A stretch of DNA of 64,000 nt from assembly GCA_001767455.1 (NCBI GenBank), contig MELC01000044.1, forward strand, positions 30,163-94,162, written 5' to 3'. The notes under the pieces were generated by a model. That model did no database searches. It had not been told where the DNA came from and saw only the letters and a program-made list of their open reading frames with translations. The stretch is from Acidobacteria bacterium RIFCSPLOWO2_12_FULL_66_21. GTDB taxonomy: Bacteria; Acidobacteriota; Vicinamibacteria; Vicinamibacterales; 2-12-FULL-66-21. This document shows, in pieces, positions 24,501-32,136 of this stretch. A program made the position numbers and the translations under genes. Each line of letters begins with the position of its first letter. Within the stretch, counting starts at the first letter, position 1.

Positions 24501-26734
24501 TTCGCGTTCGTCGTCGCGTCAGCGTCGCCGAGATCACAGGTGAAATGCACGCTCTTGCCGGGCACCGGCGTCCCGTTGGATGTCAGCGTCGCCCGGTAGG
24601 TCGCGGTGCCCCCGTAAACTGCGGATCCCAGGACGCTCAGCGACGTCGCCGCCTGCTGTGTGCGGGCGACCGTGTGCGACGCGCTCGTCGTCCGCGTGCT
24701 GATATCGGTCACTGTGACCACGATCGGATTGGAGCCGATCACGAGCGGCACGGATGTCGTGAACGACACTTCCTTCGGCTTCGCGGCGTCGTTCGTGCTG
24801 CTGAAGCTCACGGCAACGCCGTTGACGGCGATCTTGCCGACGCCGGCGTCGTCGTCCGCCGTGCCGGCGACCGTGATTGATGTCGCGTCGGTCGTCGCGC
24901 CGTCTGCCGGCGTGAATGCCAGGCTCGGCGCGGCGGTATCGTAGTACACCGTGCGGGTGTCGGTGTTGTTCTTGGCCGTCGCGTCGGACGCGACGGTGGT
25001 AACCGTGTTGGGGCCGCGCTGCAGGCCGGAGACGGTCGTCCCGAACTGCACTTCATGATCGGCGCCGCCGGTCAGAATCAGCGCCACGGCGGCCCCGTTG
25101 ACGGTGACCGTCTGGACCCCGACGTCATCGGTCGCTTTTCCGCTGACCGTCACGCTCGGCATCGACACGATCGCCTCAGCCGCGGGAGAGGTCATGGTCA
25201 GCGTTGGCCCTCCGACGTCAATCACCTGGGTCGTCCCCGGCACGATCGTCACGCTGATCGGCGCGAGCGTAACGTTCGACCCGTTCACGGTCATGGACGG
25301 AAACACCGAGCACGTCCCGGCGGGTCCCAGGAAGGTGACTTGTCCCTGCGTCACATTGGACACGTAGGTGTTCGCGTACGGGTAGAAGGACCAGAGCGTC
25401 GTTCCATCGACTGTGTAACTGCAGTAGGCGCTCTGCAAGCGTGGGTTCGAAAGGGTCCCACCACCCGCCACGCTCATCGTGATTGTGACTTCACCGAGCG
25501 CCAGATCGATAGCCGGCGTCTTGGTCTCGCCTGCGGCCAGCGCGATGCTCGACGTTGGCCGGTTGTCATAGAAATACAGGCTTGCGCTCAAGGAGGGCGC
25601 GGTGCTCCGGTAGAAGCCCAGGTACACTGCACTTTGACGCCAGGAACCGGGCGCCACGACCGAGTCGAATGTCCTGGCAGCCAGGTTCATTTGCGCGTAG
25701 CTGTACCCGCCCTCGGCAGCGGTCTGATACTGACCCGAATACTGGATCTGCCCCCAATTGAGGTGGGGACTCAGCGTGGGCGCACCCGTGAGCGTCAACG
25801 ACGAGTTGATGAATGCCTGCGGCGCGGCCACGTCTACTGTGACCTCCGTCTGTCCGACCTGCACGGTCCGACTCGGGGAGAAGGCGGAGTTGGGCAGATA
25901 CAAGTACGCCTGATTGTTGTTCGTGTATGCGTACACACCGACGGTGTATTGGCCCGTTCCGAGGCCGTCGAGCAGGTACGCGTGGTTCGCGGGCGGGGGC
26001 GACTGGTAGATGGATCGGTACGTCGGACCGCTCGCATAGGCCGAAATCGCGGTAACGGTCCTGGGTCCGGTGAAATCGATGGTGCCGGCGATCGCATTGG
26101 TCGGCGCCGTTACAGAGAACGAAACATCGAGCGTCTGCCCTGGCGCGATGCTGACGGTCTGATTCGTCAGGTTGACCTGGCGGCCGTCCGTCAAATACGC
26201 CGTGCCGCCGACGGTGATGCTGCTGCCTGGCATCGTGGGAAACATCCATCCGTCCTGCGGACGCGCATTGGTGGTCGCATACGCGCCGTTCTGTGAAGCA
26301 AACACATACGCCGTCGATATCGTTCCGCCCGAGACACTGACGCTCGCGTTGATGTAACCGACCGCCGGGTTGAAGTTCACCTGCCCCGGCGTCGTGGCCG
26401 ACACACTCACCTGAGACGTCGTCGTCTGGAGGTAATCCCGGTACTCGTCGGTATAGACGACCGCGTACGCGTTGAACGTCGCCGCTCCGGATTGAGGAAC
26501 GTTGACCGTCAGCGAATACGTGCCCGACGTCGCGTTGGGCACGACGTTAATCCAGGAGGTGGGACCACCGCTGCTGGGGTAGGCATACACCGTGGCCTGC
26601 TTGATCACGGCTCCGCCGAGACTGATTGAGCCGCTGATGGTGCCGGGAACCAGGATGACGTCTTCCGCGATCAGCCGGAGACCGCCTGAAAGCCCGAGAA
26701 CGGCAAGGAGCACGAGGGTGAGGCGGCGTGTCAT
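21533..26734 (-). CDS. Giant (1733 aa) secreted surface/adhesin-like protein: Ig-like and MBG-type repeats, a seven-repeat FG-GAP/VCBS beta-propeller and a conserved C-terminal domain
   Basis: Signal peptide 'MTRRLTLVLLAVLGLSGG'. FG-GAP repeats: 'DFDGDGKFDLAVAN', 'DFNGDGRLDLAVAS', 'DVNRDGKVDLLTV', 'DLNGDGIIDIVV', 'DLNHDARLDLITG', 'DVNRDGAPDILATN', 'DLDGDGALDLVVTN'. Repeated MBG-like units 'KTYGTGNPVFTATYSGFVSGEDPTALTGTLTFNT' occur four times. C-terminus 'LWPANHKMVRVSF...ENGLGDGDTASDW...LRAERGGSGPGRTYSVTVTCRDASGN'. Confidence 0.9.
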   Translation of the reverse strand: MTRRLTLVLLAVLGLSGGLRLIAEDVILVPGTISGSISLGGAVIKQATVYAYPSSGGPTSWINVVPNATSGTYSLTVNVPQSGAATFNAYAVVYTDEYRDYLQTTTSQVSVSATTPGQVNFNPAVGYINASVSVSGGTISTAYVFASQNGAYATTNARPQDGWMFPTMPGSSITVGGTAYLTDGRQVNLTNQTVSIAPGQTLDVSFSVTAPTNAIAGTIDFTGPRTVTAISAYASGPTYRSIYQSPPPANHAYLLDGLGTGQYTVGVYAYTNNNQAYLYLPNSAFSPSRTVQVGQTEVTVDVAAPQAFINSSLTLTGAPTLSPHLNWGQIQYSGQYQTAAEGGYSYAQMNLAARTFDSVVAPGSWRQSAVYLGFYRSTAPSLSASLYFYDNRPTSSIALAAGETKTPAIDLALGEVTITMSVAGGGTLSNPRLQSAYCSYTVDGTTLWSFYPYANTYVSNVTQGQVTFLGPAGTCSVFPSMTVNGSNVTLAPISVTIVPGTTQVIDVGGPTLTMTSPAAEAIVSMPSVTVSGKATDDVGVQTVTVNGAAVALILTGGADHEVQFGTTVSGLQRGPNTVTTVASDATAKNNTDTRTVYYDTAAPSLAFTPADGATTDATSITVAGTADDDAGVGKIAVNGVAVSFSSTNDAAKPKEVSFTTSVPLVIGSNPIVVTVTDISTRTTSASHTVARTQQAATSLSVLGSAVYGGTATYRATLTSNGTPVPGKSVHFTCDLGDADATTNANGVATATGISVAGANAGSFTLGASFAGDSSYAASSATGLLWVIKAPAQILLSRLTQTYTGSGISPVVATDPANLTGVSVTYEDGTHNLPVNAGTHHLVATLTNPNYVAPAVEADLVITKGTPAVSATGGTFIYDGQPHAGSATVTGAQGESLGPVTFTYGSGTSGLLVQFAAAVNYGVGNQPMGAPVVADFDGDGKFDLAVANHSDGTVSSLKGDGTGRFSPLATYTVGQYPSSIAAADFNGDGRLDLAVASGGYSNTTSILLGNGDGTFQNGPTATGGFAANQIRALDVNRDGKVDLLTVGYYHGAVLMLGNGDGTFQAPRALGPSNESTLGVAAGDLNGDGIIDIVVPASLTESNPPNDILAMFFGNADGTFQPAVSIPDSRGLEAVEIADLNHDARLDLITGSWAGLAVRLGHGDGTFGPPAYLPAGSATMWITVTDVNRDGAPDILATNNDRSVIVLIGRGDGTFEAAANYMAGSSTRGVSVTDLDGDGALDLVVTNLGSNNVSVLLQSPSGRGSPAPPVQAGSYVVTASYAGSTNYTAATASATLTIAKAALTVAAEDTTKTYGTGNPVFTATYSGFVSGEDPTALTGTLTFNTPATTSSPVGAYSVAPSGVTSLNYAIAFVDGSLSVTPVRLTVRANDATRRYGSANPEFGVAYAGFVLGEGPAQLQGGLQVTTAATDHSDTGTYDIVPSGLTAANYDVSFTNGTLSITPATAHVDVAPAGPFTYDAAPHGTTASVHGVFGEDLGAVTITYDGSSAAPIDAGTHAVLASFAGNANYLPAAGSGSILLDPAPLVVTANDASREFGTPNPTFTASYSGFAGGDSPSSLSGALEFWTPAVVSSPVGTYPVVPSGISSPNYTITFKAGALSIVDTTPPVIASVTPSTTSLWPANHKMVRVSFPVDATDAPGPPVCSISRIASSEPENGLGDGDTASDWTRTGALTADLRAERGGSGPGRTYSVTVTCRDASGNESSKIATVSVPHNK

Positions 26735-27147
26735 CGCGCACCTCCATCCCGCGCTACGCGCAAGGTCACCCTCACGTCGTTGCCGTCTCGCTGCCCTTTA
26801 TAGGAAGCCTCCACGATCAGGGGATCGGTCGAAACCCAGAAGCCCTTCTCGAACCTGAATGCCGTCGTCGCGACGACGGTGGCGTCCATGTCGACGTTGC
26901 CGACCTCCACCGATCCCGAGCCGAGCGATCCGGACGCGGGACTGACGAGCCGGAGCTTCACGCCGGTCAGATTCTGGTCGCCGGCGTTGACGACGGTGAA
27001 CCGCAGCGTGCCCTGCACCGTGGGTCCCTGCTCGGCGGCATCGGCGATCACTGCGCTGACGGCAAGCGGTGACTCGGAACGCGCGTTGACGACAAATGGG
27101 CACACGAGGGCGCACATTGCCGCAAGCAGAAGAAATTTGCGCAGCAT
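26731..27147 (-). CDS. Small secreted protein (138 aa, Ig/CARDB-like beta-sandwich suspected), translationally coupled to the giant protein
   Basis: Signal peptide 'MLRKFLLLAAMCALVCPFVVNA'. 'GTLRFTVVNAGDQNLTGVKLRLV'. The stop overlaps the start of 21533-26734 (ATGA). Confidence 0.6.
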   Translation of the reverse strand: MLRKFLLLAAMCALVCPFVVNARSESPLAVSAVIADAAEQGPTVQGTLRFTVVNAGDQNLTGVKLRLVSPASGSLGSGSVEVGNVDMDATVVATTAFRFEKGFWVSTDPLIVEASYKGQRDGNDVRVTLRVARDGGAR

Positions 27148-27189
27148 GGTCAATTCTCCGGCAGGTGACGACAAGGACGAATTGCAGTG

Positions 27190-27411
27190 CGAGTGCATAG
27201 CGACCTTGCGCATCGGTTGAGCTATAGCGCCACGGTCATGCGCGCGTCCGGACGGATCGTGAAATTGAGCTTCGTAACGCGCACGGACCGACTGTCCGAT
27301 CGCAAGCGCCTCGAAGCCGTCCGGAAGGTCAATGCCGCCGGCCGCAATGGAATTGGCGATCGACGCGGGCTGAGCGTGATCGGTGCAGACCGACTCGAAG
27401 TTCTTCATTGC
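27190..27411 (-). pseudogene. Decayed partial paralogue of the 238-aa secreted protein gene (27760-28476)
   Basis: 'MKNFESVCTDHAQPASIANSIAAGGIDLPDGFEALAIGQSVRARYEAQFHDPSGRA' aligns with 'KNFESVYTDSSQPASITNALAADGTALPDGFRSIAVGQSVRARYKLNFDDPSGRA' of the full gene. The upstream DNA at 27412-27490 also matches 28477-28550. Confidence 0.7.
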
Positions 27412-27759
27412 AGCGCGACTCCCGAACACAAGATCAACTACCGGGGCTCGTAGAATAGAAACGACGCCGACGCCGTTCCCGGACATCCCTCAGGAATGAC
27501 GGCAACTCGATGCAGCGGCCACTCCACAAAGTCCGGTTTTCGACAAGCCTTCCCGAACGACTTCGAGAAGGTCCCGCTCACGCTTCGCGATCCCGACGTC
27601 CGTTCCTAACGGTCAGTGTCAGATCGGCCTGAAACGTTTCAGCCTCGCCCTGCGCTCAGGACGCGCTCGCTTGCCTGCTGCAGGTGCTTGACCCGTGAAG
27701 AACGTCGCTGCGTAAACCCTGGAGCAGGGCGGGGCCCGCGCTGGGATCTGAAGACTCGA

Positions 27760-28476
27760 TTAGCGGACGACGGTGATCCGGAAGGGCATCGTGTAGAACC
27801 CCTCGCTGACCGTCACGGCCCGGCCCGACGTGGGCGTCGACACCAGTTCCGCGACGTCGGCGTCGGTGGCTTCGACGATCCAGGTGTTCGTGTCCACACG
27901 GGTGACCGTCACGTCAGTCGATCCCGGATAGACCGCCGAATTGAACCGGACGGTCCACCGCAGCGCGCGGCCGGAGGGATCGTCGAAATTCAGCTTGTAG
28001 CGCGCGCGGACCGACTGACCGACGGCGATGCTACGGAACCCGTCCGGCAGCGCCGTGCCGTCGGCGGCAAGGGCGTTGGTAATAGACGCGGGCTGGCTGC
28101 TGTCCGTGTAGACCGACTCGAAGTTCTTCCTGCACGTGAGGTTCGCCGCGCACGCCGGCGTGCCGAGCGGCGCCGAGAAGTCGACGGTAATGAACCGGCC
28201 GAGCCCGCTCTTGAGCGGAAAGTACAGATCGCCTCCGCTGTTCAGCGTCGGCCCCTGATCGCCAATTGAAGTGCCGACGTACGGACCGGCCGTGTCGCCC
28301 TGGATCCCGTCAGTCGCGAGGCAGTCGGCTTCGAGCGGGCAGCGGAACATCGCCGTCAACGGCGTATAGGACGACGTCTTGGCGGCCTTCTTCTGCGCGC
28401 TCACGGCAACCGAGAACGTCACACAGGTCACCATCAGGGCGGCGGCGAACGGGCGATTCAGTGCGGTCATTTGCAA
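27760..28476 (-). CDS. Secreted protein of unknown function (238 aa)
   Basis: Signal peptide 'MQMTALNRPFAAALMVTCVTFSVAVSA'. No recognised domain. Divergent from the ECF sigma gene. Confidence 0.65.
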   Translation of the reverse strand: MQMTALNRPFAAALMVTCVTFSVAVSAQKKAAKTSSYTPLTAMFRCPLEADCLATDGIQGDTAGPYVGTSIGDQGPTLNSGGDLYFPLKSGLGRFITVDFSAPLGTPACAANLTCRKNFESVYTDSSQPASITNALAADGTALPDGFRSIAVGQSVRARYKLNFDDPSGRALRWTVRFNSAVYPGSTDVTVTRVDTNTWIVEATDADVAELVSTPTSGRAVTVSEGFYTMPFRITVVR

Positions 28477-28618
28477 GCTCCTCCAAGCCCACGACGTGAA
28501 TCACCGGGGCTCACAGACTAGAAACGACGCCGGGCAGGATCCCGGACAACGAACGGAGCGGCGGCGGTGAGGCGATTGTTGCGAAGCTCGGGCGGGAGGG
28601 TTAAGATGCGCCCTTCCA

Positions 28619-29242
28619 ATGAATAACGACGCGCCCGGGCGTGGCGGACCGGCCCCGCACGGCATCCCCGGCGGGCCCGAGTCGACCTTCCACCTCCTGG
28701 AACGGGTGCGCGCGGGCGACCAGGCGGCGCTCGATGCCCTGTTCGCGCGCTACCTCGTGCCGCTGCGCCGCTGGGCGAGCGGGCGGCTTCCCCGGTGGGC
28801 CCGGGACATGTCCGACACCCAGGACCTTGTCCAGGAAACCCTGGTCAATGCGTTTAAGAGAATTGAGGCATTCGATCCACGCGGAGAAGGGGCGCTCCAC
28901 GCCTACCTGCGCCAAGCCCTGATGAACCGCATTCGTGACGAACTGCGGAGATTCGACCGGCGGGGATCCCCCGCCCAACTCGACCCGCAGCAGGCTGACA
29001 CGTCGCCGTCTCCGCTCGAGCAGGCGATCGGCCGCCAGGCAACGGACCGATACGAGCAGGCGCTCGAACGCCTCAATCCGGGAGACCGCGAAGCGATCAT
29101 CGCGCGGGTGGAACTGGGGTGTTCGTACGAGGAGCTCGCGATCGCGCTCGGCAGGCCATCCGCCGACGCGGCCCGCAAGGCCGCGCAGCGCGCGTTGATC
29201 AAACTCGCGGCGGAGATGAAGCGTGCAGACTCAAGCGGCTGA
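28619..29242 (+). CDS. ECF-type RNA polymerase sigma factor (kinase-associated type)
   Basis: Region 2 'LDALFARYLVPLRRWA...TQDLVQETLVNAFKRIEAFD'. Region 4 'REAIIARVELGCSYEELAIALGRPSADAARKAAQRALIKL'. No anti-sigma gene follows; instead a Ser/Thr kinase gene overlaps the 3' end. Confidence 0.85.
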   Translation: MNNDAPGRGGPAPHGIPGGPESTFHLLERVRAGDQAALDALFARYLVPLRRWASGRLPRWARDMSDTQDLVQETLVNAFKRIEAFDPRGEGALHAYLRQALMNRIRDELRRFDRRGSPAQLDPQQADTSPSPLEQAIGRQATDRYEQALERLNPGDREAIIARVELGCSYEELAIALGRPSADAARKAAQRALIKLAAEMKRADSSG

Positions 29243-32117
29243 CGATCAGCAGTTCCCGCCCGACCTCGAGGCCATCGCCGCCGCGATCCTCGACGGCACG
29301 CCCATCGACTGGAAACAGATTTCGCAGGACACCGACCCGGAGCTCGTGCAGCAGCTCCGCGTGCTCGCCGACCTCGTCACGCTGCACAAGAGCCTCTCGA
29401 GCGACAGCGACGTCACCGTCACAGAGACCCGACCGCCCGAGCTCGCGGCCGGCCCCCAATGGGGACCGCTGAAGCTGCTCGAAGTCATCGGCGAGGGAGC
29501 GTTCGGCCAGGTCTTCCGCGCCTGGGATACGCGGCTCGATCGCGAAGTCGCGCTGAAGCTGATGCACGCCCAATCGGCCGCCTCCGACGACGCGGAGGCT
29601 TCGATTCACGAGGGCCGGCTGCTGGCGCGCGTCCGCCATCCCAACATCGTCACGGTGTACGGGGCCGAGCGCATCGACGGACGCGTCGGGATCTGGACCG
29701 AGTTCATCCGCGGGCGCACGCTCGCGTATCTCATGAAGGAGCACGGCCGCTTCAGCGCCCACGAAGCGACCGCGATCGGCATCGACCTGTGCCGCGCCCT
29801 GAGCGCGGTGCATGCGGCCGGACTCCTCCATCGCGACGTGAAGCCGCAGAACGTCATGCGGGAGCAGGGCGGGCGCATCGTCCTGATGGACTTCGGCGCG
29901 GGCAAGGAACGGCGAGTGACGCCGTTCGACTCGGGAACGGACCTCGCGGGAACGCCGCTCTACACCGCGCCTGAGCTCTGGCGCGGCGGTCCGGCGACGC
30001 CGCAATCCGACATCTACAGTGTCGGCGTCGTGCTCTTCTACCTTGTGAGCGGCGCATTCCCGGTGCAGGGAGCGAGCATCGCGGAGATCCAGGAGGCACA
30101 CCACGCCGGCCGCCGGCGCCTGCTGCGCGACGCGAGGCCGGACGCGCCCGACAGCTTCATCGACGTCGTCGAACGCGCGCTGGAGCCCGATCCGTCCAGG
30201 CGATACGAGAGCGCGGGCGCGTTCGAGGCGGCGCTCAAGCGCGCGCAGCATGCGCTGGCGCCATCGGCGTGGCGCCGCCGAATCCTGATCATAGGCGGTG
30301 TTACGGCAGCGGCAGTCATCGTCGTCGCGTTGACCTTCGCCCCGGGGCCGGCTCGGATAGGACAGCTCCTTCGGGCGGGCTTCGGCTCGCCGGGCGGCGG
30401 GAACGCGCCGGCAGTCGACGTGACGTCCACGTCGGTGCGGCAGCTGAAGCTGCCGCCGTTCTCGCTCATGGGCCGTCCGTCGCGCGACGGACGCTTTCTT
30501 CCGTACGTGGACTTCGACGGCCAGCTCTGGATCTGGGAGATCGCAACCGGCCAGTCTCACCAGGTGACGAAGAAGGGGGACCCGCGAGAGTGGACGTGGG
30601 GATCTCTGATGGCTCCCGACGGCAGCCGCGTCGCGTACACCTTTGTGAGACCGGACGGTGTCTACGAGTTGCGCGTGGTCGAGTCCGACGGCCGGTGGTC
30701 GCGTGTCATTCTCCCGGGCGAAACCGGACCCGCCGCCGAGCCTGTGCCGCTCGAGTGGTCACGCGACGGACAGCAGATCCTGTATCGATTGTCGCGCGAG
30801 AACGGAAGCAGTGAGCTGGCGCTGGTCGCGCCGGAAGGCGGAGCGCGCGTCACGCTGGCGTCGTTCCGCAAGGGAACGCCCAAGCACGCGAGCATTTCGC
30901 CGGATGGCCGGTTCGTCGTGTACGACCTGCCGGCGAGCGACCACGCGGCGGAGCGGGATCTCATGATCGTGCCGAGCGACGGCTCTTCAGCACCGAAGCC
31001 GCTTCTCACCGGACCATTCAACGACCAGCTTCCGACGTGGACGCCGCACGGCAACGGGATCTTTTTCGCCAGCGATCGGTCGGGTCAGATGAGCGGCTGG
31101 CTGCTGCCGATGTCAGAGGACAAGGTTGTCGGAGAAGCGACGTTCGTGGCGAGAAATCTCGGCCGCCTGTGGCCGCTCGGCCTGACCGACACCGGCACAT
31201 ATTTCTACGGGCTGCAGGTCGGCGCAGCGGAGGTGTACACCGCGACGATCGACCTGACAGGAGCTACCCCTGCGGGAGCCTCGGTGCGCATCTCGCAGAG
31301 CGTCACGCTCGGGCATATGGGGCCGGCATGGTCACCCGATGGGCGCAGCATCGCCTACGTGGCACTCAAAGGGCAGACGACGCAGGACCGCGACTCGAAC
31401 ACGCTTGTCATCCAGGATGTCGCCTCCGGGACGGCGCGCCACCTCGACACCCCCGCCCTCTCGCACGTCGGCATCGTCGCGCCGCGGTGGTCACCGGACG
31501 GACGTCAACTGCTCGTTCGTGGCAGAGACATCACCAACCGCGCTGGCCTCTACGTCGTGGACGTGCAGACCGGCGCATTGGCGGCGGCGCTTCCCGTTGG
31601 CAACACGAACCGCTATTACTGGTCGCCGGACGCACGCGCGATTGTGTACTTGCACGCCCTCACAACGATCCTGTCGCGGTCGATCGGCACAGAACGCGAG
31701 ACGGTACTGTTCGACGCGGCGGCGCACGATCTGCTGCGAGTCATCTCGTTCGGCCCATCGCCGGATGGCGACGGGTTCGCGCTCTCCGCCATGAAGAAGA
31801 ACCAACGCTGGGCGTTGCTGGTTTACAGGTCTTCCGGCGTCTTGCAGGAGATCTACAGCCCGGACAAGACGCCGATGGTCTTCCAGGGATGGACGCCGGA
31901 CGCTCAGCAGATCCTGTTCACCGTTGTGGGACAGCAACCCCAGCGGCTTCTGAGGATAAACGCCGCCGGGGGAGAACCGGTCGATACGGGACTCGCGATT
32001 CACGGCTTCACCGAGGTGAACTTCGTTTCCCTCAGCCCTGACGGGACGCGCGTCGCCTACACCGCGGGCCAGCCGGGCGTTGAGATCTGGATGATGGAGA
32101 AGTTCCTGCCGCGGTAA
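29223..32117 (+). CDS. Ser/Thr protein kinase with a TM segment and C-terminal TolB-like beta-propeller
   Basis: 'IGEGAFGQVFRAWDTRLDREVALKLM', 'HRDVKPQNVM', 'LMDFGAG' and 'GTPLYTAPE'. TM segment 'ILIIGGVTAAAVIVVALTF'. Multiple 'SPDG' blades (MAPDGSRVAY, ISPDGRFVVY, WSPDGRSIAY, WSPDGRQLLV, LSPDGTRVAY). GTG start overlaps the sigma gene by 20 nt. Confidence 0.9.
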   Translation: MQTQAADDQQFPPDLEAIAAAILDGTPIDWKQISQDTDPELVQQLRVLADLVTLHKSLSSDSDVTVTETRPPELAAGPQWGPLKLLEVIGEGAFGQVFRAWDTRLDREVALKLMHAQSAASDDAEASIHEGRLLARVRHPNIVTVYGAERIDGRVGIWTEFIRGRTLAYLMKEHGRFSAHEATAIGIDLCRALSAVHAAGLLHRDVKPQNVMREQGGRIVLMDFGAGKERRVTPFDSGTDLAGTPLYTAPELWRGGPATPQSDIYSVGVVLFYLVSGAFPVQGASIAEIQEAHHAGRRRLLRDARPDAPDSFIDVVERALEPDPSRRYESAGAFEAALKRAQHALAPSAWRRRILIIGGVTAAAVIVVALTFAPGPARIGQLLRAGFGSPGGGNAPAVDVTSTSVRQLKLPPFSLMGRPSRDGRFLPYVDFDGQLWIWEIATGQSHQVTKKGDPREWTWGSLMAPDGSRVAYTFVRPDGVYELRVVESDGRWSRVILPGETGPAAEPVPLEWSRDGQQILYRLSRENGSSELALVAPEGGARVTLASFRKGTPKHASISPDGRFVVYDLPASDHAAERDLMIVPSDGSSAPKPLLTGPFNDQLPTWTPHGNGIFFASDRSGQMSGWLLPMSEDKVVGEATFVARNLGRLWPLGLTDTGTYFYGLQVGAAEVYTATIDLTGATPAGASVRISQSVTLGHMGPAWSPDGRSIAYVALKGQTTQDRDSNTLVIQDVASGTARHLDTPALSHVGIVAPRWSPDGRQLLVRGRDITNRAGLYVVDVQTGALAAALPVGNTNRYYWSPDARAIVYLHALTTILSRSIGTERETVLFDAAAHDLLRVISFGPSPDGDGFALSAMKKNQRWALLVYRSSGVLQEIYSPDKTPMVFQGWTPDAQQILFTVVGQQPQRLLRINAAGGEPVDTGLAIHGFTEVNFVSLSPDGTRVAYTAGQPGVEIWMMEKFLPR

Positions 32118-32136
32118 TCCGCCAGGCTCCGCCCGT

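Noticed and set aside
26731-27486. The full 251-aa ORF as one protein.
   Set aside because: Its N-terminal half is a decayed paralogue fragment. A typical signal peptide with its own ATG (27147) lies in the middle, so the 138-aa product is the plausible gene.
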